A stretch of 43,380 bases of DNA from Nitrospinota bacterium (lineage in GTDB: Bacteria; JADFOP01). The notes below the pieces were generated by a model. It saw nothing but the letters and a program-made list of their open reading frames with translations, had not been told where the DNA came from and made no database searches. Below are positions 35,352 to 43,380 of the stretch, in pieces; the stretch's first letter is position 1; every line of letters starts with the position of its first letter. The stretch lies in NCBI GenBank assembly GCA_022562795.1, contig JADFOP010000001.1:84691-128070 (forward strand), in the 5' to 3' direction. The position numbers were made by a program, and so were the translations under genes.

Positions 35352-35526
35352 GGGCACTCCTCTCCTCGGGCTCCATCTATCGGGCCAAGCCGAAAAGCGA
35401 GGGCGATGGCAAGCCCGGGATAGAATAAAACGGTCTGCTGGGCGATGAGGTCTGATAGCTCTTTGACGGACTCAATTTACATCAGCGGGCAAGAAAAATC
35501 CAGGGCCAAACGCCCCCCCTTGGGGC

Positions 35527-36150
35527 CTACTCAACCCACTGGAAGCCGAGCTCCGGGTGGTAGGACTTGAGCCGGGAGGTGTTAATATCATAGAGCCAGC
35601 CGTGGAGCTCCACACGTTGGGCTTCGAGCGCCTCGGCCACCACGGGGTAGCTCAGGAGGTGTTCCCGCTGGAGAACGACATTGAGCTCCACCAGCCGGTC
35701 CCACCGCTCCTCGACGGTCGGTAAGCCCCCTTCCTCGTCCAGGCGTCGCCGGGCCTCCTGGGCGAGGCTCACCCACTGGCGCAACTTAGGCTCCGCCTCG
35801 AGGGCGTCGGTCCCCTCCAGAAGCGCCTTGACTCCACCACAGCCGTAGTGGCCCCAGACAATCACGTGCTTAAGGTCCGGCAGGTGGCCCAGCGCGTACT
35901 CTATAGCCGCCCCGGCGCTGGAGTCGGCCGAGCCCATTGGTGGAACGATGTTGGCGACGTTGCGCACCATGAAGATATCTCCCGGCCGGGCGTCTACTAT
36001 CAGCTCGGGCACGACTCGGGAATCAGAGCAAGCCACAACAAGGGCACGGCATGGCTGGTCGGAAGCCTCGGCCAGGCCCCGAAAGAGCGCCTTCTCCCTC
36101 TCGAAGTACCCGGCCATAAATCGCCGGTGACCGCTCAGCATCCGCTCCAT
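35527..36150 (-). CDS. Beta-class carbonic anhydrase
   Basis: CSDSRV, RNVANIVPP and GHYGCGGV zinc-ligand motifs. Start probably ATG 36150 after AGAGGAAGG; the ORF extends to 36186. Confidence 0.93.
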   Translation of the reverse strand: MERMLSGHRRFMAGYFEREKALFRGLAEASDQPCRALVVACSDSRVVPELIVDARPGDIFMVRNVANIVPPMGSADSSAGAAIEYALGHLPDLKHVIVWGHYGCGGVKALLEGTDALEAEPKLRQWVSLAQEARRRLDEEGGLPTVEERWDRLVELNVVLQREHLLSYPVVAEALEAQRVELHGWLYDINTSRLKSYHPELGFQWVE

Positions 36151-36199
36151 AATGGGCCTTCCTCTCGTCCAGGGGTCCGCCTCCATACCTCACCCGATA

Positions 36200-36228
36200 A
36201 TACTGGACTCGGCCCGGCCCCATGTCAA
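36200..36228 (-). promoter_or_regulatory. Putative promoter for the carbonic anhydrase gene
   Basis: Minus strand TTGACA, 17 nt, CAGTAT. Confidence 0.5.
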
Positions 36229-36256
36229 GAAGGGCGGTCGGGCCGCACTATAGGGG

Positions 36257-36285
36257 TTGCCTTCTTTCGGAGTGTGACGTATACT
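36257..36285 (+). promoter_or_regulatory. Putative sigma70 promoter for the transketolase genes, divergent from carbonic anhydrase
   Basis: TTGCCT, 17 nt, TATACT. Confidence 0.7.
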
Positions 36286-36420
36286 TGCTTACCCAGGGTG
36301 AGGATGGAAATAAACGGGATAGGATGACGCCCGACGCCACCTTGCCTATTCTGCCTACAGTACGAATCAAATAACCATACCTTTTTTGGACCCTCGTTTG
36401 AGCAAAGAGGACCCGCCCCC

Positions 36421-37287
36421 ATGACCACTGGCATGTCGCTCGAAGTGCGAATCAAGGAGCTCGAGGCCATAGCCCGCACCTGCCGGGTGGACGTCATCCG
36501 GATGGTGGCCGAGGCCGGAAGCGGCCACCCGGGCGGGTCGCTTTCGGCCATTGACGTTATCGTGGCGCTCTTCTTTCACAAGATGCGCCACGACCCGGCT
36601 CGGCCCGACGACCCAGGGCGCGACCGGTTCGTCCTCTCAAAGGGCCACGGCGTCTCCGCCCTATACGCCGCACTAGCCCATGCCGGCTACTTCCCCAAGG
36701 AGCAGCTCCTCACCTACCGAAAGCTGGGCTCGCCTCTGCAAGGCCACCCCGACCGGCTCCGATTCTCCCTCATGGAGGGCTCCACGGGGAGCCTGGGCCA
36801 GGGCCTCTCCATCGCCCAGGGGCTCGCCCTTGCCAGCAAACTCGACGGCGACCGGTTCCAGGTCTACTGCATGATAGGCGACGGCGAGAGCCAGGCCGGC
36901 CAGATATGGGAGGCGGCCTTGAGCGCCCCCAAGTTCGACCTCGACACCCTATGTGTCATATGCGACTACAACAAGGTCCAGCTAGACGGGTCCGTCTGGG
37001 AGATAATGGACCTCGAGCCGTTGGCAGACAAATGGCGCGCCTTCAACTGGCACGTCATTGAGATCGACGGACACAGCTTCGAGGAGATTATTCCCGCCCT
37101 GGACGAAGCCGAGGCAACCAAGGGACGTCCCACGATGATTATCGCCCACACGGTTAAGGGCAAGGGGGTCTCCTTCATGGAGGGCCTCAGCGCCTGGCAC
37201 GGAAAGGCCCCAAACCCCGAGCAGGCCGAGGAGGCGATAGCCGAGCTTTTGGGAGAGGCCGAAGGAGGCCGTCATGACGGAGCGTAA
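36421..37287 (+). CDS. Transketolase, N-terminal (TPP-binding) subunit of a split enzyme
   Basis: GSGHPGGSLS, DRFVLSKGH, LQGHP, TGSLGQGLS, GDGE...N TPP motif, HTVKGKG, WHGK. Confidence 0.95.
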   Translation: MTTGMSLEVRIKELEAIARTCRVDVIRMVAEAGSGHPGGSLSAIDVIVALFFHKMRHDPARPDDPGRDRFVLSKGHGVSALYAALAHAGYFPKEQLLTYRKLGSPLQGHPDRLRFSLMEGSTGSLGQGLSIAQGLALASKLDGDRFQVYCMIGDGESQAGQIWEAALSAPKFDLDTLCVICDYNKVQLDGSVWEIMDLEPLADKWRAFNWHVIEIDGHSFEEIIPALDEAEATKGRPTMIIAHTVKGKGVSFMEGLSAWHGKAPNPEQAEEAIAELLGEAEGGRHDGA

Positions 37288-38227
37288 CGAGCGGGCCCCC
37301 AAGGCCACCCGCCTCGCGTTCGGCGAAGCCCTTCTCGAGCTAGGCTCCCGGGACCCCGATGTGGTCGTTCTGGACGCCGACCTCTCGGTCTCCACCCAGA
37401 GCCACTTCTTCGCCAAGGCCCACCCGGAGCGGTTCTTCCAGATGGGGATAGCCGAGTGCAACATGATAGGGACGGGGGCAGGAATGGCCCTGGCGGGAAA
37501 GAAAACCTTCATCTGCACCTTCGCATGTTTTCTCTCAAACCGCTTCGAACAGGTGCGGATGTCCATCGCCTTCACCGGGGCTCCGGTCACGATGGTGGGA
37601 ACCCACGCGGGGGTGGCGATCGGCGAGGACGGCTACAGCCAGATGGGGCAGGAGGATATGGCTCACCTTAGAAGCCTGCCCAACGTCGCCATTGTCCAGC
37701 CCGTGGACGACGTGGAGACCCGCGGGGCGGTCTTTTTCGCTGCAGAGCACGACGGGCCACTCTATCTGCGTCTGACTCGACAGAAGGTCGAGCCGCTGAA
37801 CCCCGACGACTACACGTTCAGCTTCGGCAAGGGTGTTGTTTTGAGGGAGGGTGGCGACGTCACATTGATGGCCTCGGGCGGGGTCGTGGCCAACACTATT
37901 CGGGCCGCCGAGCAGATGGAAGCCGACGGGGTAGCGAGCGCCCGGGTCGTCAACATCCACACAATCAAGCCGCTCGATGAAGAGCTTGTTATGACCTGCG
38001 CGGCCGAGACGGGCCGCATCGTCACCGTAGAGGACCACTCCTTAACGGGCGGGCTTGGAAGCGCCGTATGTGAAGCCCTGAGCGAAACACCCGGGGTGGT
38101 CGTCCACAGGATCGGCCTTGAGGACTACGGCCAGAGCGGCGGCGGCGAAGAGCTCTACACCGCTTACGGCCTCTCGGCCGAGTCTATAGCATCGAGGACG
38201 CAAGCCTTCCTAGAGCGCTCCTCCTGA
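37274..38227 (+). CDS. Transketolase, C-terminal subunit of a split enzyme
   Basis: LDADLSVST, MGIAECNM, GEDGYSQ, GPLYLRLTR, TIKPLD, VEDHSLTGGLGS; overlaps the N-subunit gene. Confidence 0.95.
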   Translation: MTERNERAPKATRLAFGEALLELGSRDPDVVVLDADLSVSTQSHFFAKAHPERFFQMGIAECNMIGTGAGMALAGKKTFICTFACFLSNRFEQVRMSIAFTGAPVTMVGTHAGVAIGEDGYSQMGQEDMAHLRSLPNVAIVQPVDDVETRGAVFFAAEHDGPLYLRLTRQKVEPLNPDDYTFSFGKGVVLREGGDVTLMASGGVVANTIRAAEQMEADGVASARVVNIHTIKPLDEELVMTCAAETGRIVTVEDHSLTGGLGSAVCEALSETPGVVVHRIGLEDYGQSGGGEELYTAYGLSAESIASRTQAFLERSS

Positions 38228-38238
38228 TTAGCGCTCGT

Positions 38239-38275
38239 AGGGGGTGAAAAAGTAACTTTCCCCCTTCTTTCTTTT
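38239..38275 (+). terminator. Probable intrinsic terminator after the transketolase genes
   Basis: GGGG(T)GAAA / TTTCCCCC stem followed by TTCTTTCTTTT. Confidence 0.6.
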
Positions 38276-38284
38276 CCCAAGCTG

Positions 38285-38293
38285 TGGTATTGT
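38285..38293 (+). promoter_or_regulatory. Possible extended -10 promoter for the small secreted-protein gene
   Basis: TGG-TATTGT; no good -35. Confidence 0.4.
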
Positions 38294-38369
38294 TGGATTA
38301 TAAACCCTACGCAAAGAAGACCGCTGGGAAGAGTGGGGACTTTTTCCCACTTGAAGGAGGAGGTGTCTC

Positions 38370-38735
38370 ATGCGTAACGCCATGTACCTTTACCTGGCTC
38401 TATCGTTTGCGGCCGTCTTCGCCCTGGCCTCAGGGCCCGCGCTTGCCCAGGAGAGCAAAAGCTACGGCGAGAAGGTCCACGACCAGGCGACCCGTGGCGC
38501 CGCCAATGTTGTCACCGGATGGATGGATGCTCCAAAGAAGCTCGTCGAAGAGAGCAAGGACGCCGGGACCAATCCCCTCTGGCCGGTGACGGGGGCTGTA
38601 AAAGGAGCGGCCGCAGCCATCGGGCGGACGGCCATCGGTGGAGCTGAGGTCCTGACCGCCCCGGTCCCTCACAATAAGCAAATACTCAATCCCGAAGTCT
38701 TCGATCCAGAGGACGAAGTCACCAAAGCGAAGTAA
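38370..38735 (+). CDS. Small secreted protein resembling the TIGR04073 (exosortase-system-associated) family
   Basis: Strong SD AAGGAGGAGG; signal peptide ending ALA-Q; RGAANVVTGW.D.P, G...G...R...G..EVLT.P.P...P pattern recognised by eye. Confidence 0.8.
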   Translation: MRNAMYLYLALSFAAVFALASGPALAQESKSYGEKVHDQATRGAANVVTGWMDAPKKLVEESKDAGTNPLWPVTGAVKGAAAAIGRTAIGGAEVLTAPVPHNKQILNPEVFDPEDEVTKAK

Positions 38736-38771
38736 CCAGAGACTCACCGGCTCGGTAGCGATTAGGCGAAT

Positions 38772-38807
38772 CCCCGGAGGGTAATACTATCCCTCCGGGG
38801 TTTTTTT
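38772..38807 (+). terminator. Intrinsic terminator
   Basis: Perfect 10-bp stem CCCCGGAGGG/CCCTCCGGGG followed by T7. Confidence 0.93.
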
Positions 38808-38918
38808 GTCTGTGGATGGGCTCGCGTCTACCTTGATGGTCCCTTGAGGTCATAGGGCGAAGGAAATGAAAACCTTTTTCCATAACCAAGTCTGTCGATC
38901 GAGAGATCCATCCCCGCG

Positions 38919-38947
38919 TTGCCGTTGCCTGTAAAGCGTGGTAGCAT
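38919..38947 (+). promoter_or_regulatory. Putative sigma70 promoter for the pdxA-like gene
   Basis: TTGCCG, 17 nt, TAGCAT with an extended -10 TGG. Confidence 0.65.
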
Positions 38948-38992
38948 GGGTAGATAGCCTCCATTTAGACGTTGCCGAAGGAGTCTTTTTCC

Positions 38993-40009
38993 GTGGTCGA
39001 AAGCGCCCGGCCCCTGCTGGCCATCACCATGGGCGATGCTGCGGGCATCGGCCCCGAGATCATCATCAAGGCCCTTACCGAGCGCCGACCGGCCATGGAT
39101 AGCGTAGGCCGGGCGGTGGTTGTGGGGGACCCCGGAGCCCTGGTGCGGGCCGCCCACGTCTGCCGCCGGGTGGTCACTATGAGGCCCGTCGAGCCTCCCT
39201 TCCCATCCTCGTCGGGCCCGGAGACCCTTGACATCCACGCCGTAGGGGCCCTTGACCTCTTGGCCATCCCCTTCGGGCAGGTGAGCCCCGAGGCCGGGAA
39301 GGCGGCGGTCGAGTATCTTGAGCGGGCCATTGACTTGGCCAAGGCAGGGGCTGTCGACGGCATCGTCACAGCGCCGATCAGCAAAGAGGCCATCCACCGT
39401 GCGGGGGTGGACTTTCCCGGCCACACCGAGATTCTCGCCGAGCGGACCGGAACGGAGCTCTTCGGCCTCACCCTTGTCTCCGGCGACCTCACCGTTATCC
39501 ACCTATCGACCCACCTGCCCCTTGCTGAGGCCATCGGGCTCGTCACCAAGGAGCGAGTATACCGCTTCATCGGCCTCGCCCAAGCAACGGGTCGCCAGCT
39601 AGGCTACGAGCGGCCCCGTATTGCCGTTGCGGGCCTCAACCCCCACGCCGGCGAGGGGGGCCTTTTTGGCACGGAAGAGGGGGAGATCATCGCCCCGGCG
39701 GTGGCCGAGGCCCGCGGGATGGGAATTGATGTCGTGGGGCCCATATCGCCCGACGTCGTCTTCCTCCAGGCCCGACGAGGGGTTTACGATATGGTGCTTG
39801 CCATGTACCACGACCAGGGCCACGTGGCCGTCAAGACTCAGGGTTTTGAGGGGGGTGTCAACATGACGGCGGGCCTGCCGATAGTTCGGACCAGTGTCGA
39901 CCACGGCACGGCCTTCGACATAGCCGGGACCGGCCGGGCCGACCCGATGAGCCTCATACAAGCCTTCACCCTGGCGGCCCAAATTTCCCGCCGCAAGTTG
40001 TCTGGTTAA
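38993..40009 (+). CDS. pdxA: PdxA-family dehydrogenase, probably PdxA2 type (4-phospho-threonate/erythronate or 4-hydroxythreonine-4-phosphate)
   Basis: ITMGDAAGIGPEII, TAPISKE, GHTE, GLNPHAGE, MYHDQGH, RTSVDHGTAFDIAG; GTG 38993 after AAGGAG. Confidence 0.92.
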   Translation: MVESARPLLAITMGDAAGIGPEIIIKALTERRPAMDSVGRAVVVGDPGALVRAAHVCRRVVTMRPVEPPFPSSSGPETLDIHAVGALDLLAIPFGQVSPEAGKAAVEYLERAIDLAKAGAVDGIVTAPISKEAIHRAGVDFPGHTEILAERTGTELFGLTLVSGDLTVIHLSTHLPLAEAIGLVTKERVYRFIGLAQATGRQLGYERPRIAVAGLNPHAGEGGLFGTEEGEIIAPAVAEARGMGIDVVGPISPDVVFLQARRGVYDMVLAMYHDQGHVAVKTQGFEGGVNMTAGLPIVRTSVDHGTAFDIAGTGRADPMSLIQAFTLAAQISRRKLSG

Positions 40010-40110
40010 GCCTGACCGCCTCCCAGAGAATACTACAGCCTCGCTCCTACCTTCATACCCTTTCAGAACGTAGATTGTGATGGGGTAGCGCTGGTTGGGA
40101 GCATAGAATA

Positions 40111-41430
40111 CTAGTCGGTTGATTCGGTCAGCGCCTTGGCCCGCTTGCGAATCTCGAGGCCTCGGGCCACGGCGTTCTCGCGCTCGAAGGTCTCCCAGCG
40201 GGGGATGACGGTGATCTGGTGGGCCTCGTCGTAGAAAAAGCGCTCGTCGTCCCAGGTCGGGTCGATACCGACCTTCGTACCCGCCGGCACTTGGACGTTT
40301 TTGTCAATGATGGCCCGGCGAATCTGGCAGCCTCGGCCGATATCGACGTTATCGAAGATGACGCTCTCCTCGATCGAGGCGTAGCTGTGGACGAAGACGT
40401 TGCGGCCGAGCACGCTCCCGGTGACTCGAGAGCCCGAAAGGATGCAGCCCTCCGAGACGATGGAGTTGACAGCATGGCCGCGGCGACCTTCCTCGTCGAA
40501 GACGAACTTGGCCGGGGGATCGTTGTAGTTGGCCGTCCGAAGCGGCCATTGGCGGTTGTAGAGGTTAAAGACCGGATCAGGGGTGCAGAGGTCCATGTTG
40601 GCCTGCCAGTAGGCGAATATGGTCCCGACGTCACGCCAGTAGCCGACCTCCTCGCCCTTTATCCGTCCAGGCACCTGGTTGGACCGGAAGTCGTATGCGT
40701 AAATCGGTCGCTCGGGGTGTATCTTGGGCAGGATGGTGTTGCCAAAGTCGTGGTCGCTCTCGGGGTCCTCGGCATCAGCAGCTAGCTCATCCAGCAGTGC
40801 GCCGGTGTTGAACAGATAGTTGCCCATGGAGGAGAGAATCATCTCCGGCTGGTTTGGAATGGGGACGGCCTCCTCCGGGGATGGTTTTTCCTGGAAGCCG
40901 GTGATTCGCCAGTCCTCATCCACCTGGATGACTCCGAAGAGCGAGGACTGGTCTCGAGGCACCTGCATGGCCGCCACAGTCGCATCGGCGCCTTTGTCGC
41001 GGTGAAACTCTACCATATGGCGTACGTCAATCCGATAAATGTGGTCGGCGCCGAAGACGGCCACGAACTCGGGCTGGTGGCGTTCGATGAAGACGACGTT
41101 TTGCCAGACGGCGTCGGCCGTTCCCCGGTACCACTCCTCACCTATGCGCATCTGGGCCGGCACGGGGATGATGAAGTGGTCCTCCAGCAGGGTGCCGAAC
41201 TGCCAGCCGTCGCGCAGGTGGTTCAGCAGCGACTGGGCCTTGAATTGGGTCAGGACGTAGATGGCGGTGATGTTGGAGTTGACGAAGTTGGACAGGACGA
41301 AGTCGATGATGCGGTACTTGCCGCCGAAGGGGACGGCTGGCTTCGCCCGCTCTTTGGTTAGAGGATGAAGCCGTTCGCCCTTGCCACCGGCCATGATCAT
41401 GGCGACGATGGATGGCTGGGCCACGAGCAC
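40111..41430 (-). CDS. glgC: Glucose-1-phosphate adenylyltransferase
   Basis: MAGGKGERLHPLT, RAKPAVPFGGKYRIIDF, WYRGTADAV, FQEKP, YWRDVGT. Confidence 0.97.
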   Translation of the reverse strand: MLVAQPSIVAMIMAGGKGERLHPLTKERAKPAVPFGGKYRIIDFVLSNFVNSNITAIYVLTQFKAQSLLNHLRDGWQFGTLLEDHFIIPVPAQMRIGEEWYRGTADAVWQNVVFIERHQPEFVAVFGADHIYRIDVRHMVEFHRDKGADATVAAMQVPRDQSSLFGVIQVDEDWRITGFQEKPSPEEAVPIPNQPEMILSSMGNYLFNTGALLDELAADAEDPESDHDFGNTILPKIHPERPIYAYDFRSNQVPGRIKGEEVGYWRDVGTIFAYWQANMDLCTPDPVFNLYNRQWPLRTANYNDPPAKFVFDEEGRRGHAVNSIVSEGCILSGSRVTGSVLGRNVFVHSYASIEESVIFDNVDIGRGCQIRRAIIDKNVQVPAGTKVGIDPTWDDERFFYDEAHQITVIPRWETFERENAVARGLEIRKRAKALTESTD

Positions 41431-41469
41431 GCTCCTCCAGGGACGACGGGTCAGCGAGTACTGTACCCT

Positions 41470-41497
41470 ACGATATCACAGAGGAGAGATTAGTCAA
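41470..41497 (-). promoter_or_regulatory. Putative promoter for glgC
   Basis: Minus strand TTGACT, 16 nt, TATCGT with an extended -10 TGA. Confidence 0.55.
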
Positions 41498-41507
41498 GGA
41501 TCAGCCG

Positions 41508-43380
41508 CTACGTGGCTTCGAAGCGACGGAGCCTGAGGGCGTTGCTCACCACGGTGACGCTCGATAGCCCCATGGCGGCAGCGGCGAAGACGGGGTTTAG
41601 GAGCAGCCCAAAGAAGGGGTAAAGAAGCCCGGCCGCGATGGGGATGAGGGCCGTGTTGTAAGCGAACGCCCAGAATAGGTTCTGGCGGATGTTGCGCATG
41701 GTGGCCTTGGATAGCCGAACGGCGGTCGCGACCCCCCGCACGTCGCCGCTGATGAGGGTCACATCGGATGCCTCCATGGCCACGTCGGTCCCCGTGCCGA
41801 TGGCTATACCAAGGTCGGCCTGGGCGAGGGCGGGGGCGTCGTTGATGCCGTCTCCCACCATTGCGACCACCTTGCCCTGGGATTGAAGCTCGGAGATGAC
41901 GGCGGACTTCTCGTGGGGGAGAACCTCGGCGAACACCTCTTCGATGCCCGCTTGGCGAGCGATGGCCTCTGCGGTAGCGCGGTTGTCGCCAGTGAGCATG
42001 AGGACTTCGAGGCCGAGGCCGTGGAGGGCTGAGACGGCCTCGGGGGCGTGGTCCTTGAGTGTATCTGCTACTGCGATGAGCCCCGCCTGGGCTCGGTCCA
42101 TGGCTACGTACATGGGGGTCTTGCCCTCGGCCGCAAGGGAGTCGGCGCGTTTGGTGAGCCCGTCGAGAGCAATCCCCTCGGCCTCCATGAAGGCGAGGTT
42201 GCCGATCAACAGCCTCCGGCCCTCTACGTTTGCGCGCACACCGAGGCCTGAGACGGCCTCAAAGGACTCAGCCTCGATGAGCTCAAGCCCCTCTTCGTGC
42301 GCCGCCCGCACGATGGCCTCTCCGAGCGGATGCTCGCTTCCCTGCTCGGCGCTCGCCGCCAGGCGGAGCAGCTCCTCGCGGCTCGTCCCTTCGGGCGGCT
42401 CCACGTCGGTCACCGAGGGCTCGCCTACGGTAAGGGTGCCCGTCTTATCTAGGACCACGGCGTTGAGCTTGTAGGCGGTCTCCAGGGCCTCTGCGCCCCG
42501 GATTAGGATTCCGAGCTCGGCGCCCTTGCCCGTGCCCACCATAATGGAAGTCGGGGTGGCGAGCCCAAGGGCGCAGGGGCAGGCGATGATGAGGACCGCC
42601 ACGAACGTCATGAGGGCGTAGTTCAAGGCCGGCTCCGGCCCGAAGGCGTACCAGACGAGGAACGTCAAGGCGGCAAGTACAATGACCGCCTGGACGAAGT
42701 AGCCGGCCACGGTATCGACGAGCCTTTGTATGGGCGGCTTGGAGCCTTGAGCCTCCTCCACCAGCTGTACGATCTGGGCCAGCATCGTCTCACGGCCGAC
42801 TTTGGTCGCCTCGAACTGGAAGGTGCCGACCCTGTTGATGGTCGCCCCGATGACCTCGTCTCCCGGGCCCTTCTCCACGGGGATCGACTCGCCTGTCAAC
42901 ATCGACTCATCCACGGTGGACTGGCCGCTCTTAACGATCCCGTCAACGGGCACCTTCTCTCCGGGGCGGACCTCGACGATGTCGCCCGCACGGAGCTCTT
43001 CGATGGGTATGTCGACCCGCTCGCCGTCACGCACCACGCGGGCGGTCTTGGGGGCGAGGCCCATGAGCCGCTGGATGGCCTCGGAGGCCCGGCCCTTGGC
43101 CCGAACCTCCAGCCACCGGCCGATTAAGACGAGCGTGATGATGGCGGCCGCCGTATCGAAGTAGAGGTCGGGGGCGGCCCCGGTCTGGGAGAAGAAGCCG
43201 GGGGCGAGGATTGCGGCGACGCTGTAGCCATAGGCGGCCGTGGTGCCGGTGGCGATGAGGGTGTTCATATCGGCAGAGAGGTGGCGGAGCCCCTTAAACG
43301 TCCCCGCGTAGAAGGACCAGCCCGACCAGAACTGGACCGGCGTGGCCAGGGCCCAAAGGAGGATGGGATGGCCGAGCCAG
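41508..43380 (-). CDS. copA: Cu(I)-translocating P1B-1 ATPase, 5' end outside the window
   Basis: [35 protein letters not shown] and MGLSS Cu(I) signatures; the frame stays open to the window edge ([10 protein letters not shown]). Confidence 0.95.
   Translation of the reverse strand, partial: WLGHPILLWALATPVQFWSGWSFYAGTFKGLRHLSADMNTLIATGTTAAYGYSVAAILAPGFFSQTGAAPDLYFDTAAAIITLVLIGRWLEVRAKGRASEAIQRLMGLAPKTARVVRDGERVDIPIEELRAGDIVEVRPGEKVPVDGIVKSGQSTVDESMLTGESIPVEKGPGDEVIGATINRVGTFQFEATKVGRETMLAQIVQLVEEAQGSKPPIQRLVDTVAGYFVQAVIVLAALTFLVWYAFGPEPALNYALMTFVAVLIIACPCALGLATPTSIMVGTGKGAELGILIRGAEALETAYKLNAVVLDKTGTLTVGEPSVTDVEPPEGTSREELLRLAASAEQGSEHPLGEAIVRAAHEEGLELIEAESFEAVSGLGVRANVEGRRLLIGNLAFMEAEGIALDGLTKRADSLAAEGKTPMYVAMDRAQAGLIAVADTLKDHAPEAVSALHGLGLEVLMLTGDNRATAEAIARQAGIEEVFAEVLPHEKSAVISELQSQGKVVAMVGDGINDAPALAQADLGIAIGTGTDVAMEASDVTLISGDVRGVATAVRLSKATMRNIRQNLFWAFAYNTALIPIAAGLLYPFFGLLLNPVFAAAAMGLSSVTVVSNALRLRRFEAT

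Noticed and set aside
35464-35477. TTGA...TCAA as an FNR box
   Set aside because: The spacing is 1 nt short of TTGAT-N4-ATCAA and the inner T/A positions do not match
37274-37287. Transketolase split as a frameshifted pseudogene
   Set aside because: The second gene has its own strong SD (AAGGAGG) and ATG, and the split matches a known two-subunit family
38236-38311. CGTAGGG/CCCTACG pairing as an antiterminator or c-di-GMP riboswitch
   Set aside because: The 3' partner lies downstream of the terminator, so it cannot antiterminate, and the GEMM architecture is absent
38828-39570. 224-aa and 201-aa minus-strand ORFs
   Set aside because: Antisense to the well-supported pdxA-like gene

Overview
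Core chromosome of a moderately GC-rich bacterium. No mobile elements, CRISPR arrays or rRNA genes were seen. Positions 1-27.3 kb hold a compact minus-strand transcription/translation supercluster: tRNA-Thr/Tyr/Gly/Thr, tuf, rpmG, tRNA-Trp, secE, nusG, rplKAJL, rpoBC, rpsLG, fusA, a second tuf, then the S10 and spc genes through a truncated rplO. Positions 27.3-33.8 kb hold radA, carD, a PIN/TRAM gene, ispD, ispF, cysS and rlmB. Positions 33.9-43.4 kb hold an aldehyde dehydrogenase, a beta-carbonic anhydrase, a split transketolase, a small secreted TIGR04073-like protein, a PdxA2-like dehydrogenase, glgC and a truncated Cu(I) P-type ATPase. Three observations stand out. (1) RpoB carries a short insertion that copies the beta-prime zinc-binding motif (WECxCGxYK-x8-CExCG) with identical cysteine spacing. 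(2) uL3 and NusG have repeat-built acidic N-terminal extensions, uS17 and RpoC have acidic tails, and uL3 has a second SD/GTG start that could give a normal-length isoform. (3) Speculatively, transketolase, ALDH, the PdxA2-like enzyme and carbonic anhydrase could form a tetrose-phosphate oxidation route. Family calls come from recognising motifs by eye, not from database searches.
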